DNA of 49,132 nucleotides from Ramlibacter sp. Its GTDB lineage: Bacteria > Pseudomonadota > Gammaproteobacteria > Burkholderiales > Burkholderiaceae_C. Below are positions 29,242 through 39,743 of the stretch, in pieces. The stretch is taken from contig JAJAZH010000282.1 of NCBI GenBank assembly GCA_026785815.1, forward strand, positions 1-49,132, written 5' to 3'. Positions within the stretch are counted from its first letter, which is position 1. The number at the start of each line of letters is the position of its first letter. The notes under the pieces are model-generated. The model had not been told where the DNA came from. It ran no database searches and saw only the letters and a program-made list of their open reading frames with translations. A program made the position numbers and the translations under genes.

Positions 29242-29961
29242 TCAGGCAACCACCGGCAGCGACTGCACGACGTAGCGGTGGACGATGCTGCGGTTGCGGC
29301 GCGGGTCGCGAATCTCCAGCTGCATCTGCGCTGCCGGCCGGATGCCCTGGCCCCGTTCGTTGGGCAGCGCCCCCAGCGTGCCGCAGGTCATGAAGCTGCC
29401 TTCCAGCGGCGCGGCGGCGCCGAGGAAGCCGTCGCGCAGCGACTGCAGCGGACGGATCGAGGCGAAGCTGCCGCGCTGGTAAGCGACCCACTTGCCGTCC
29501 TCCAGGATGCTGGAGTGCAGTTCCAGTTCGTCCTGGTGGCCGGCGACGTCGGTCCAGCGCCAGGCCACGGCCGCCACCGGCTTGGGGCACATCTGCTTGG
29601 AGACCGCGATCGAATAGGTCTCCACCTTGCGGTCGGTGTGGTCCGAGCCCACAGTCAGCCACCACTGGCTGGCGGCGAAGAACAATACCGGCTCGGCTTC
29701 GCCCGAACTGTCGGCGCCCAGCACCTCGATGGTGGCGGACTGGGTCAGCAGGGCGGCGCCGGCGCGGTAGTACAGCGGCACCTGCGACGGTGCCGGCACG
29801 CCGATCAGTTCCAGCTCGTGGATGTGGTGCTGGATGGCGGCGGCGTCGCGGCCGGTCCAGCCGGCGATCACCAACTGGCGCGGCGCGACGTCGAGGGTGT
29901 CGGTGCGGGGCGCGGCGCCTTCGGTGGCGGTTTCACAGGCGAAGCGGAGGGTTGAAGTCAT
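29242..29961 (-). CDS. DUF2848 protein (mirror copy)
   Basis: Reverse complement of 19172-19891. Confidence 0.8.
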   Translation of the reverse strand: MTSTLRFACETATEGAAPRTDTLDVAPRQLVIAGWTGRDAAAIQHHIHELELIGVPAPSQVPLYYRAGAALLTQSATIEVLGADSSGEAEPVLFFAASQWWLTVGSDHTDRKVETYSIAVSKQMCPKPVAAVAWRWTDVAGHQDELELHSSILEDGKWVAYQRGSFASIRPLQSLRDGFLGAAAPLEGSFMTCGTLGALPNERGQGIRPAAQMQLEIRDPRRNRSIVHRYVVQSLPVVA

Positions 29962-30021
29962 GGTCTTGAATACAGGATCGGAAAAGGAAAGGAACATCCG
30001 CGGACGCGGGTGCGCGAAAGC

Positions 30022-31422
30022 TCACATCACGGCGCGCGGCAGCCACAGGGCGATCGCCGGGACCAGCATCAGCACGATGATGGCCAGCATGTAGACGAAC
30101 ATGAAGGGCAGCACGCCGGAGAACACGTCGGTGATCGGGCCGGGCTGGCGCCGCATGCCCTGCAGCACGTACAGCACCGTGCCGTCGGGCGGGCTGATCA
30201 TCGCGATCTCGACCAGCATGGTGATCACCACGCCGAACCAGATCGGGTCGTAGCCCAGCGCCATCACCACCGGGAACAGCAGCGGGATGGTGGTGATCAC
30301 CATCGACATGCCTTCCATGAAGGTGCCCAGCGCCAGGTAAAAGCCGATGATCACCAGCATGATGGCCCAGCCCGGCAGCGGCAGCCCGGTCAGGAACTTG
30401 GCCAGCATCTGCGGGATTCCAAGCGCCGACAGGATGTAGTTCAGAAAGTAGGCGCCGAACAGGATCAGCGCGATCATCGAGGTGGTGCGGGCGGTCGATC
30501 GCATCGACTCGTTCATCATCTTCCAGTTCAGCTTGCGGTCGACCAGCGACAGGATGATTGCGCCCGCCACGCCCAGTGCCGCCGACTCGGTCGGCGTGGC
30601 CCAGCCCGCGTAGATGGTGCCCAGCACCAGCGCGATCAGCAGCGCCGTCGGCACCAGGTCGGACAGGCTGGCCAGCTTCAGCTTCCATGACAGCGCCGCG
30701 CCGCTGCGGTCACCGTGCAGCTTGAGCTTGTAGCTGTAGTACAGGATCACCGCGGTGAACAGCAGCACCACCAGGATGCTCGGGCCGATGGCCGCCAGGT
30801 ACAGCGCCCCGACCGAGGTTTCGGTCAGCAGGCCATAGATGATGAAGGTGATGCCCGGTGGGATCAGGTTGCCGAGCGCGCCGCCGGCCGCCAGGGAACC
30901 GAGTACCAGCTTGGGCGGGTAATGGCTCTTCTCGAAATACGGTAGCGCCACCGAGCCCATGGTGGCGGCGGTCGCCACGCTGGAGCCGGCCACCGCCGAG
31001 AACACGCTGCACGAGATGATGTTGGTGTGCAGCATGCCCCCTGGCAGGCGTCCGATCCAGATGTTCAGGCTGCGGTACAGGCGCTCGGACAATCCGGCGC
31101 GCAGCATGATCTCGCCCATCAGCAGGAACAGCGGCACCGACACCAGCACGAAGTTGGTTGATGGCGCCCAGATCATCTCGCCGATGAAGTTCCAGAACGG
31201 CCGATCCGACAGGCCGAATCCGGCCAGCAGTGCCAGCAGCGCGAGCGCCGCGCCGACATAGATGCCGCCGGCGAAGAAGGCGACGAAGGCTGCCAGCACC
31301 GCCCCCAGCGCCCACCAGGGGACGCTGGCGGCCGCGGCCGCAGAGGCGCCGGTGGCCGGCGCGAACAGCGTCACCAGTCCGATGACCAGGCCCATCACCA
31401 GGATGAATGCGATGGCGATCAT
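30022..31422 (-). CDS. dctM: TRAP large permease (mirror copy)
   Basis: Reverse complement of 17711-19111. Confidence 0.88.
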   Translation of the reverse strand: MIAIAFILVMGLVIGLVTLFAPATGASAAAAASVPWWALGAVLAAFVAFFAGGIYVGAALALLALLAGFGLSDRPFWNFIGEMIWAPSTNFVLVSVPLFLLMGEIMLRAGLSERLYRSLNIWIGRLPGGMLHTNIISCSVFSAVAGSSVATAATMGSVALPYFEKSHYPPKLVLGSLAAGGALGNLIPPGITFIIYGLLTETSVGALYLAAIGPSILVVLLFTAVILYYSYKLKLHGDRSGAALSWKLKLASLSDLVPTALLIALVLGTIYAGWATPTESAALGVAGAIILSLVDRKLNWKMMNESMRSTARTTSMIALILFGAYFLNYILSALGIPQMLAKFLTGLPLPGWAIMLVIIGFYLALGTFMEGMSMVITTIPLLFPVVMALGYDPIWFGVVITMLVEIAMISPPDGTVLYVLQGMRRQPGPITDVFSGVLPFMFVYMLAIIVLMLVPAIALWLPRAVM

Positions 31423-32036
31423 GCTCCGCCCCCGGTCCGCGGTGCGCCCGCCACCGGGTGCATTCCGGCCTGGGCTTCGGCCACCGCTTCCAGGGTTTCG
31501 GCCGCTTCGTCCTCGTAGGTGCGGGCCATCAGCATCCGGTCCATGGCGTCGGCGTCACCGTCGGCCAGCAGGCGCAGCGAGCGCATCAGCATGGCGATCA
31601 CCGCGAGCAGAAGCAAGGCCAGGCCGGCGGCCCACAGGCCCTGCGGGATCACCATCGGCATGCGCAGCGTCGACAGGTCGGTGGCGCCGAGTTCGAGCGA
31701 ATAGCGCGCCAGCGTGTAGGCGCCGTAGACAAAGAACGCGGCAGCCACCAGCAGCGCGAGCAGCGAGGCCAGGTGCAGCCAGACCCGCAGCTTGAGCGGC
31801 AGCTTCTGCACCAATACGTCGATGCGTACATGGCCGCGTTCGAACAGCGTGCCGGCCAGCGCCCAGCTCATGCCGATCGCCATCAGGTAGCCGGTCACCT
31901 CGGTGGTGGCTTCGGTCGAAAAGCCCAGCAGGCGCCGCGCGAAGATGTCGAACGTGATCAGCACGGTGATGGCCAGGTAGCACCATCCCGCCACCGTCAT
32001 GGCGCGACCGCTCAGCCCTTCGAGCAAGCGGAACAC
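31419..32036 (-). CDS. dctQ: TRAP small permease (mirror copy)
   Basis: Reverse complement of 17097-17714. Confidence 0.86.
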   Translation of the reverse strand: MFRLLEGLSGRAMTVAGWCYLAITVLITFDIFARRLLGFSTEATTEVTGYLMAIGMSWALAGTLFERGHVRIDVLVQKLPLKLRVWLHLASLLALLVAAAFFVYGAYTLARYSLELGATDLSTLRMPMVIPQGLWAAGLALLLLAVIAMLMRSLRLLADGDADAMDRMLMARTYEDEAAETLEAVAEAQAGMHPVAGAPRTGGGA

Positions 32037-32037
32037 C

Positions 32038-33120
32038 TTACTTCGCCGTGTACTTGATGCCGGTGATCGGCGCGATCACCTCGTTGTAGACCACGGCGCA
32101 GCGTTCGCCGCAGCGCTTGATCCAGCCAGGCAGCACGTCCTGGGTCAGTTCCTGCTGCAGCAGCGCGCCCATGTTGCCCTGGGCCTTCACTTCGACCATC
32201 GGCTTCTTCATCAGCGTGTGCAGCTTGCAGCCCTCGGCGCGGCCGACGTTGCAGGCGATGCCGTCGTTGGTGGCCTCCACGCCCAGGTTCCATTGCGCTT
32301 CCTGGATCTCGGCGAAGGTCTTCTCGAACTGCGTGCGGATCGCCGGCTCCAGCTTGTTCCACCAGCCCAGGTTGACGAAGTAACCGGCCGTGGACCACGA
32401 CAGCGGCAGCGTGTACAGGTGGGTCGTGACTTCAGGCCACTTCACGCCGTTGCCCGAGCCCGAGCCGGTGATGCCGCAGTCGACGGTGCCGCGCTCCAGC
32501 GCGGTATAGACCTCGCCGAACGCCAGTGAAACCGGCTGGCCGCCCAGGCCCTTGACCAGGTCGGCCGCCGACGGGCCGTTGGTGCGCACCTTCAGGCCCT
32601 TGATGTCGGTCAGGCTGGCGATGGGCTTGCGGCAGAACAGCATCTGGCCGGAGAACGGGTAGGTCGCCACCAGCTTGATGCCGAGCTTTTCCAGTTCCTT
32701 GTTGGCCACCGGCACCATCGCGTCGGCCACCTTGCGGGCCTGGCGGATGTCGGGGTTCATGCCGGACAGGTCGACGCCGTCGAGCATCGGGACGTCGCCC
32801 GACACCGTGGTCAGCGGACCGGCGGCGATGTCGACCTGGCCGGAGCGGACCAGGCGCAGCACTTCGGGCCCGTTCACGTTGCGTTCGGGCCAGGACGACA
32901 GCGTCACCTCCACCCGGCCGCCGGTGGCCTTGTTCATGCCGTCGCGCAGCATTGGCTGGTCGACCTTGGTGTATTGCGGCAGGTTGGGCGCGACCTGAGT
33001 GATCGCCTGCACGGCGATCTTCGGGCCGGCCGGCACCTGCGCGCTGGCAGGTGCGGCGGAGAACATGGCGGCGATCGCGAACGATGCGGCGGATGCGGTG
33101 AAGGACAGCGGACGATTCAT
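32038..33120 (-). CDS. dctP: TRAP substrate-binding protein (mirror copy)
   Basis: Reverse complement of 16013-17095. Confidence 0.88.
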   Translation of the reverse strand: MNRPLSFTASAASFAIAAMFSAAPASAQVPAGPKIAVQAITQVAPNLPQYTKVDQPMLRDGMNKATGGRVEVTLSSWPERNVNGPEVLRLVRSGQVDIAAGPLTTVSGDVPMLDGVDLSGMNPDIRQARKVADAMVPVANKELEKLGIKLVATYPFSGQMLFCRKPIASLTDIKGLKVRTNGPSAADLVKGLGGQPVSLAFGEVYTALERGTVDCGITGSGSGNGVKWPEVTTHLYTLPLSWSTAGYFVNLGWWNKLEPAIRTQFEKTFAEIQEAQWNLGVEATNDGIACNVGRAEGCKLHTLMKKPMVEVKAQGNMGALLQQELTQDVLPGWIKRCGERCAVVYNEVIAPITGIKYTAK

Positions 33121-33179
33121 CAGAACTCCTGGTTGGACGACGGAAGGGAAGACAAAGCGGGCACGGGTGGCGGGCGGGG

Positions 33180-33983
33180 CTAGAAACTCGCCAGCTGCTG
33201 GTTGAGCAGATCGGTCACCAGCATGCAGCCGGGAGCGTGGGTGATGCAGAACGCGGGGCGGGCGGCCATCACCACCGCCTGCGGCGTCACGCCGCAGGCC
33301 CAGAACACCGGCAGTTCGTCGTCGAGCACGGTCACCGGGTCGCCGAAATCGGGCCGGGCCAGGTCGGCGATGCCGATCAGGTCGGGCCGGCCGATGTGGA
33401 CCGGCGCGCCATGCACGCGCGGAAAGCGGGAGGTCACCTGCACCGCTCGGATCGCGCTGGCCGCGTCCAGCGGCCGCATCGACACCACCAGCGGGCCGTG
33501 GAACACGCCGGCCGGCACGGTGGCGATCGACGTGCGGTACATCGCGACGTTCCGGCCCTCGTCGACGTGGCGCAGCGCAATGCCGGCCTCCATCAGGGCC
33601 TGCTCGAAGGAGAACGAACAGCCGATCACGAAGCTCACCAGGTCGTCGCGCCAAAGCCCGGTCACGTCGGCCGCCTGGTCCACCAGCACGCCGTCGCGCC
33701 AGACCCGGTAGCGCGGCAGGTCGGTGCGGATGTCCAGGTCCGCACCCAGCTCGCGCAAGTGCGGGTCGCCCGGCTCCGACACGGCCAGCAGCGGGCAGGC
33801 CTGGGGGTTGCGCTGGCAAAAGCGCAGGAAGTCGGCGGCGTCGGCCTGCGGCAGGATCACCAGGTTGCCCTGCACGTGGCCCGGCGCCATGCCGGCGGTG
33901 TGGCCCTGGTGGCGCCCGTGCCGCATCAGCAGGCGGGCTTCGCGGCCGGTGCCGGCCAGGGCGACGGGGGGGACGCCGGTCAT
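33180..33983 (-). CDS. DUF1445 putative hydro-lyase (mirror copy)
   Basis: Reverse complement of 15150-15953. Confidence 0.86.
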   Translation of the reverse strand: MTGVPPVALAGTGREARLLMRHGRHQGHTAGMAPGHVQGNLVILPQADAADFLRFCQRNPQACPLLAVSEPGDPHLRELGADLDIRTDLPRYRVWRDGVLVDQAADVTGLWRDDLVSFVIGCSFSFEQALMEAGIALRHVDEGRNVAMYRTSIATVPAGVFHGPLVVSMRPLDAASAIRAVQVTSRFPRVHGAPVHIGRPDLIGIADLARPDFGDPVTVLDDELPVFWACGVTPQAVVMAARPAFCITHAPGCMLVTDLLNQQLASF

Positions 33984-33987
33984 GGCC

Positions 33988-34374
33988 TCAGTCGTAGGAC
34001 TGGAGTTCCAGCAGCACGCAGCCGGCCGGCGAGGCGAACGGGCCGTGCCAGACCTGCGGCGGGCGGCAGGCGTAGCTGTAGGGGCCAAAGCGCTCGCCGC
34101 CCTGGCCAGCGCTGTCGCAGCCGACCATGAACTCGCCTTCCACGATGAACACTTCCTCGTGGAAATCGTGGATCACCGGCCGGGCCAGCAGCGTCCCGGG
34201 CTGCCAGCGGGACAGCACCGTGCGCGAACCGGTGCGGCTGGACGGGTCGAAATTGTCGGCCAGCACCATCGCCTGGATCCCGCCGGCGTCGGCCGCAACC
34301 GGTGTCCACTGGCCACTGCCGTCGCGCGGAATGGCGAAAAATTCGCGGTGCAGTTTGGTCCGGCGATTGGGCAT
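33988..34374 (-). CDS. Cupin (mirror copy)
   Basis: Reverse complement of 14759-15145. Confidence 0.78.
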   Translation of the reverse strand: MPNRRTKLHREFFAIPRDGSGQWTPVAADAGGIQAMVLADNFDPSSRTGSRTVLSRWQPGTLLARPVIHDFHEEVFIVEGEFMVGCDSAGQGGERFGPYSYACRPPQVWHGPFASPAGCVLLELQSYD

Positions 34375-34473
34375 GGCACAGTGTTGCCGGCGGCCCGGCC
34401 GGGGTCAAACGGGAAATTCCCGTTCCGCGCAATAGGGTTTCCTGATGCACGCTCCGGTGCGCAGGGCGCCGCT

Positions 34474-35242
34474 TCAGGGCGCGAGCACGTTTTCCTGGCT
34501 GTTGACGACGAACTGGTCGCAGGCCGCCTGTGCCATCCGCACCAGCACCTCGGCCAGCGGCGAGACCGGCTCCAGCCGCAAGCTGGCCACCAACGGCAGC
34601 GGGATCGGCCGCGGGTCGACGTCCAGCAGCATCAAGGCGCCCTGCTGCAGGTCGCGCTGGATCACGGCCAGCGGCAGCAGCGCCGTGCCGAAGCCCGAGC
34701 GAGCCAGGTCCACCATGGCGCCGAGCGACGAGAAATAGCTGACGCGCAGGTTGGCGCAGCCGCTGGCGCCCTGCGCGATATTGCGGTAGACGCCGGACTC
34801 GCGATGACAGGATGGCGCAGTCGAGTACGCCGCGCAGCAGGTTGTCGCGCAGCCGGGGCGTGATGTCCGAGTCCACTTCCAGCGTGGCGTTGGGATAGCG
34901 CTCGGCGAAGCGCGAGAGCAGGTCCGGCAGCCAGGTGTGCGCCACGGTTTCGATCACGCCGATCCGCAGCATGCCGCTGAATGCCTCCGACTGGCCCATG
35001 GCGGCTGTCATCCGGCTCTGCATCTCGATCATGCGTTCGGCATACGGCATCAGCTCGGTGCCGGGGTCGGTCAGCAGCACGCCCCGGTGCTCGCGGTCGA
35101 ACAGCTTGACGCCGAACTGCTGCTCCAGCGTGGCGATCCGGCTGGAGATGCCGGCCTGGGTGGTGTGCATCTTGTCGGCCGCCGCCTTGAAGCTGCCGAG
35201 CTTCGCCACCCAGACAAAGGCCTCCAGAAATCGCACGTTCAT
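34474..35242 (-). pseudogene. Disrupted LysR regulator (mirror copy, same lesion)
   Basis: Reverse complement of 13891-14659. Confidence 0.8.
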
Positions 35243-35289
35243 GCGGCGATTCTAGGGGGGACGGCCGCGTGCGACCGCCGGCTTGCCGG

Positions 35290-36411
35290 CTAGCGCTGGC
35301 CGATCCGCACGTCGCCGAAGATCGGCGGATAGCCGCGCGGGAGGCAGCGCAGCAGCTGCTTGGGCGGGATCACGGTGCCGCCCAGTTCGGCTGCGGCGCG
35401 CCAGGGCCAGCGGGGGTCGTGCAGGAAGCCCCGCGCCATCGCCACCACGTCGGCCTTGCCCTGCTCGAGGATGTCTTCGGCCTGCTGCGGATCGGTGATC
35501 AGGCCGACCGACACCACGGGAATGCCGACCGCACGCTTGACCTGCTCGGCGAACTGCACCTGGTAGCCGGGCTCGACCGGAATCTTCTGCAGGTGCGAAA
35601 TGCCGCCCGAGGAAATGTCCAGGAACGCGCAGCCCAGCGCTTCGAGCCGCTGCGCCAGCGAGACGGTCTGCTGCGGATCCCAGCCGCCATCGACCCAGTC
35701 GGTGGCCGACAGCCGCACTCCGACCGGGACGCCGGGTCCGGCCGCTTCCAAGACCGCGCCAAAGACCTCCAGCGGCAGCCGGATCCGGTTCTCGAACGAA
35801 CCGCCGTACTCGTCGTCGCGCTGGTTCGACAGCGGCGACAGAAACTGGTGCATCAGGTAGCCATGCGCCATGTGCAGCTCGATCGCGTCGAAGCCCAGCT
35901 CGCGGGCCCGCGTGGCGGCCCGGGCGAAATCGGCAACCACCTGCCGGATGTCGGCGGCAACCATTGCCCGCGGCGCCGGTTCGACCGGCTTTTGCGGGAT
36001 CGCCGACGGTCCCTGCGGCACCCAGCCGCCCTCGGCCGGATCGAGCAGCGCTCCGCCGTCCCAGGGCACGCGGCTGGACGACTTGCGGCCGGCATGGCAC
36101 AACTGCAGCGCCAGCGGGATCGGCGAGACCGCGCGCAGCGACTGCACCAGGTCCTGCATCGCCGCCTGGTGCTGGTCGCTGTACAGGCCCAGGCAGCCGG
36201 GGGTGATGCGGCCTTCCGGCGCCACTGCGGTGGCTTCCAGGCACAGCAGGCCGGCGCCCGAAATCGCCAGGTTGCCCAGGTGCACGGCATGCCAGTCCAC
36301 CGGCATGCCATCGACCGCGCTGTACTGGCACATCGGCGACACCATGATGCGGTTGCGCAATTCGAGGGGCCCCAGGCGAACGGGGGTAAACAACCTGGAC
36401 GGTTGGGTCAT
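35290..36411 (-). CDS. OYE/YqjM-like oxidoreductase (mirror copy)
   Basis: Reverse complement of 12722-13843. Confidence 0.88.
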   Translation of the reverse strand: MTQPSRLFTPVRLGPLELRNRIMVSPMCQYSAVDGMPVDWHAVHLGNLAISGAGLLCLEATAVAPEGRITPGCLGLYSDQHQAAMQDLVQSLRAVSPIPLALQLCHAGRKSSSRVPWDGGALLDPAEGGWVPQGPSAIPQKPVEPAPRAMVAADIRQVVADFARAATRARELGFDAIELHMAHGYLMHQFLSPLSNQRDDEYGGSFENRIRLPLEVFGAVLEAAGPGVPVGVRLSATDWVDGGWDPQQTVSLAQRLEALGCAFLDISSGGISHLQKIPVEPGYQVQFAEQVKRAVGIPVVSVGLITDPQQAEDILEQGKADVVAMARGFLHDPRWPWRAAAELGGTVIPPKQLLRCLPRGYPPIFGDVRIGQR

Positions 36412-36439
36412 GTGCGGCGATTCAGATGCCGGTCGGCCG

Positions 36440-37288
36440 TCAGGCGCGCTGATCGTCATCGATGAAGTGCCGAATGGCATCCATGAACGCGGCGGGCGCC
36501 TGGAGCTGGGGCACATGGGCGCAACCTGCCAGCACCACCAGTTCCGCATGGGGAAGACCCGCGCTCAGTTCGTGCGACATGGGCGGCGGCGTGGCCTCGT
36601 CCTGTTCACCCACCAGAACCAGCACCGGCACCGTCACTGCCTTCAGTTGCGGCCGCAGATCCAGCGACGCCAGTGCGTCGCAGGCGCCATGGAAGGTTTG
36701 CGAATCCACCGCCAGGAAGCGCTGCTTGCGCTCCTCGATCAGCTGCGGATGGAGTTGCTGGAACCCGGGCGCGAACAACCGGCGCATCGCCACGTCGGCG
36801 ATCGCGCCCAGGCCCTTGTCTTTCGCCGCGGCCGACATGCCGCGGAAGGCGGCGCGGCCCGGCTCGGAAAAGGCGGCGCCGCAATCGGCCAGCACCAGGC
36901 GCGAGGCGATGCCGGGGTGGCGAATCGCCGTCAGCAGCGCGATGAAGCCGCCGTAGCCGTTGCCCAGCAGGATCGGCTTGTGCTGGAGGTCCATTGCCTT
37001 GAGGCCGGCCGCGATGTGGTCCGCGATCGCCTCCAGGCTGCTGCCGACGAAGTCCGAAGCGCCGAAGCCCGGGAGGTTCAGCACGATGACCTGGTGGGTC
37101 GCCGCGAGCATTCCGGCAACCGGGTCGAAGCTGCTCTGGTCGGCCAGCAGCGAATGGAACAGCACGATCGGCCTGCCGCTGCCGGCGACCCGGGCGCTCA
37201 GGCGCTTGCCTGCAACGGTCACGCTGAGGTCCTTGAATTCGGTGGCGGGAGTCTGGGCGGATTGCATCGTTTTGTGTTGTAGCGACAT
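36440..37288 (-). CDS. Ser-less alpha/beta-fold protein (mirror copy)
   Basis: Reverse complement of 11845-12693. Confidence 0.82.
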   Translation of the reverse strand: MSLQHKTMQSAQTPATEFKDLSVTVAGKRLSARVAGSGRPIVLFHSLLADQSSFDPVAGMLAATHQVIVLNLPGFGASDFVGSSLEAIADHIAAGLKAMDLQHKPILLGNGYGGFIALLTAIRHPGIASRLVLADCGAAFSEPGRAAFRGMSAAAKDKGLGAIADVAMRRLFAPGFQQLHPQLIEERKQRFLAVDSQTFHGACDALASLDLRPQLKAVTVPVLVLVGEQDEATPPPMSHELSAGLPHAELVVLAGCAHVPQLQAPAAFMDAIRHFIDDDQRA

Positions 37289-37297
37289 CGTGGGCGG

Positions 37298-38818
37298 TCA
37301 GTTGAGGCGGGCCTGCTTGGCCGTGTCCTTGTACCAGTCGAAGGGCGCATCATCGAGCCGCACCATGACGCTCTTGGTCTCGAAATGCTGGTCGAACGAT
37401 TCGGTGCCGCATTCGCGGCCGATGCCCGAGTCCTTGATGCCGCCCCAGGGTGAGGCCGGATCGAGCCGGTGGTGGTCGTTGATCCAGACGATGCCGCACT
37501 TCAACTTCGCGGCGACCCGATGCGCGCGGGTGATGTCGTTGGTGCGGATGGCGCCGGCCAGGCCGAACGGCGAGTCGTTGGCCAGTGCCAGGCCTTCGGC
37601 TTCGGTGCCGAACCTGGTGACGGAAACGAAGGGGCCGAACACCTCCTCCTGGAAGATGCGCATGCGCGGCGTCACGTCGGCGAACACCGTGGGCTCGACG
37701 AAGAAGCCGTTTTTCAGCGCCGGGTCGGTCGGCACCTTGCCGCCGGCGACCAGCCGCGCCTTGTCCTCCTCCAGGCCGATCTGGATGTACTTCAATACGC
37801 GTTGCTGCTGCCGGGCCGACACCACCGGGCCCAGTTGCACCGACGGATCGGCCGGGTTGCCGATGCGGATGGTCTTGGCCTTGGCCGCTAGCCGCTCGAC
37901 GAATTCGTCATAGACCTTTTCCTGGACGATCTGGCGGCTGCCGCAGATACAGGTCTGGCCGGCGCCGATGAAGCCGCCGAAGGCCGCGTAGTTGACGGCC
38001 TGCTCGACGTCGAAGTCGTCGAACACCAGCACCGGCGTCTTGCCGCCGAGCTCCAGCGTCTGGTGCGCGAAATTGCGTCCAGCCGCGGCGCCGGTGATCC
38101 GACCCGCTTCCGTGCCGCCGGTGAGAACCCACTTGGCCAGACCCGGATGTTCGGCCAGCGCCTTGCCGGTGGTCGGACCCAGGCCGGTGACGACGTTGAA
38201 GCAGCCGGGTGGCAGGCCCGCCTCGATGAACAACTGCGCCAGCCGCAACGTCGTCAGCGGCGTGTACTCGGAGGGCTTGACCACCGTGGTGCAGCCGGAG
38301 GCGAGCGTTGGCGCCAGGCTCTTGACCATGATCATGAGCGGATGGTTGAACGGCGTTGAATTGCCGACCACGCCGATCGGCGTGCGGATCGTGTAGTTCA
38401 GGTAGTTGCCTTCCACCGGGATCACGGAATCGCGCCGCGCGATCGCCAGTCCTGCGTTGTAGCGGAAGAAATCCGGCAGACGCGAAATCTGGGCCCGGGT
38501 TTCGTTGAGCGAGCGGCCGTTGTTGGCCGTCTCCAGCAGGTACATCTCATCGAGGTGCGCTTCGAACACATCGGCCAGCTTGTTGATCAGCCTGGCCCGC
38601 GTGCGGTTCGACATGCTCGCCCACTCATTGCTCTCGAATGCCGCCTGCGAACTGCGCACCGCGCGGTCCACATCCTCGTCGCTGGCGTGACTGATCTGTG
38701 CCAGCAATTCTCCGGTTGCGGGGTTGATCACGTCCAGCATGTCGGGCCGGGTGGCCGGCACCTCGCGTCCGTCGATGAACAGGCCGTGCAGAGCCGGCTT
38801 CTTGCTTGTGCTTGCCAT
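37298..38818 (-). CDS. Aldehyde dehydrogenase (mirror copy)
   Basis: Reverse complement of 10315-11835. Confidence 0.9.
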   Translation of the reverse strand: MASTSKKPALHGLFIDGREVPATRPDMLDVINPATGELLAQISHASDEDVDRAVRSSQAAFESNEWASMSNRTRARLINKLADVFEAHLDEMYLLETANNGRSLNETRAQISRLPDFFRYNAGLAIARRDSVIPVEGNYLNYTIRTPIGVVGNSTPFNHPLMIMVKSLAPTLASGCTTVVKPSEYTPLTTLRLAQLFIEAGLPPGCFNVVTGLGPTTGKALAEHPGLAKWVLTGGTEAGRITGAAAGRNFAHQTLELGGKTPVLVFDDFDVEQAVNYAAFGGFIGAGQTCICGSRQIVQEKVYDEFVERLAAKAKTIRIGNPADPSVQLGPVVSARQQQRVLKYIQIGLEEDKARLVAGGKVPTDPALKNGFFVEPTVFADVTPRMRIFQEEVFGPFVSVTRFGTEAEGLALANDSPFGLAGAIRTNDITRAHRVAAKLKCGIVWINDHHRLDPASPWGGIKDSGIGRECGTESFDQHFETKSVMVRLDDAPFDWYKDTAKQARLN

Positions 38819-38846
38819 GGATCAATCCTCTGGAACAAAAAAATGG

Positions 38847-39527
38847 TCAGCCGGCGATCAGGCTGCGGGAGATTGCGTTGCTCACCCGCTTGCCGGCCGC
38901 GACGATGTGCTGCTCGGCCAGCCGCTGCGCCTTCTTCACGGCGCGCGCTTGCAGGGCATCGATGATTTCCACATGTTCGTTCACCAGCACCTGCGGATCG
39001 CCCTGCTTCATGCTGGCCACGCTCACCTGCACGGCGCGCTCGAGCAGGTCGATCAGGTCGAGCAGCTGGTCGCGCATGCGGGCATTGCCCCCGAGTTCGG
39101 CGATGCGCCGGTGAAAGGCGCGGTTGAAGGCGATGAAGCCGCCGTCCCAGGCCGACGCATCGAAATGCCGGAAGCCATCAAGTTCCCTGAGCTGCTCGTC
39201 GCTGGCCTGCAGGACGATGCGCTCCATGCAGGCCCGCTCCAGCGCCGCGCGCAGGTGGAACATGTCGAGCACGTCGGTCAGGGACACCGGTGCGACGCGG
39301 TAGCCCTGGCGCGGCAACGTGATGACGAGCCCTTCGCTTTCCAGCCGCATCAGTGCGTCCCGCACCGGCGATTTGCTCATGTCGAAGCGCGCCGCCAGCT
39401 CGGCCTCGCGCAGTTCAGCACCGGGCGCCAGCTTGCAGCTGATCATGTCGGCGCGCAACTGCTCGTAGACCGTTTCGCGCAGCAGGCGGCTGCCGTTGGT
39501 GGACAGGGGGGCTTCGACCGATGACAT
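38847..39527 (-). CDS. GntR regulator (mirror copy)
   Basis: Reverse complement of 9606-10286. Confidence 0.88.
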   Translation of the reverse strand: MSSVEAPLSTNGSRLLRETVYEQLRADMISCKLAPGAELREAELAARFDMSKSPVRDALMRLESEGLVITLPRQGYRVAPVSLTDVLDMFHLRAALERACMERIVLQASDEQLRELDGFRHFDASAWDGGFIAFNRAFHRRIAELGGNARMRDQLLDLIDLLERAVQVSVASMKQGDPQVLVNEHVEIIDALQARAVKKAQRLAEQHIVAAGKRVSNAISRSLIAG

Positions 39528-39743
39528 GGTTCTGGAAATATCAGAAACTAGGAGTTAGAAGTATCTGAGATATCAGACGGCAGTGCAACGTACCGGACAA
39601 CGCGCTCATTCTCTCAAGCTATATAGGTGAATTCCCTTGGTCGACGAAGAATAGGATGTTCCTAAAGTTGACCTCCGGAGATTTCGTAATATATCATCAG
39701 TTTGAAAATTTAGCTTCTATCCTGCCCTTAAGGAGACTTCGCG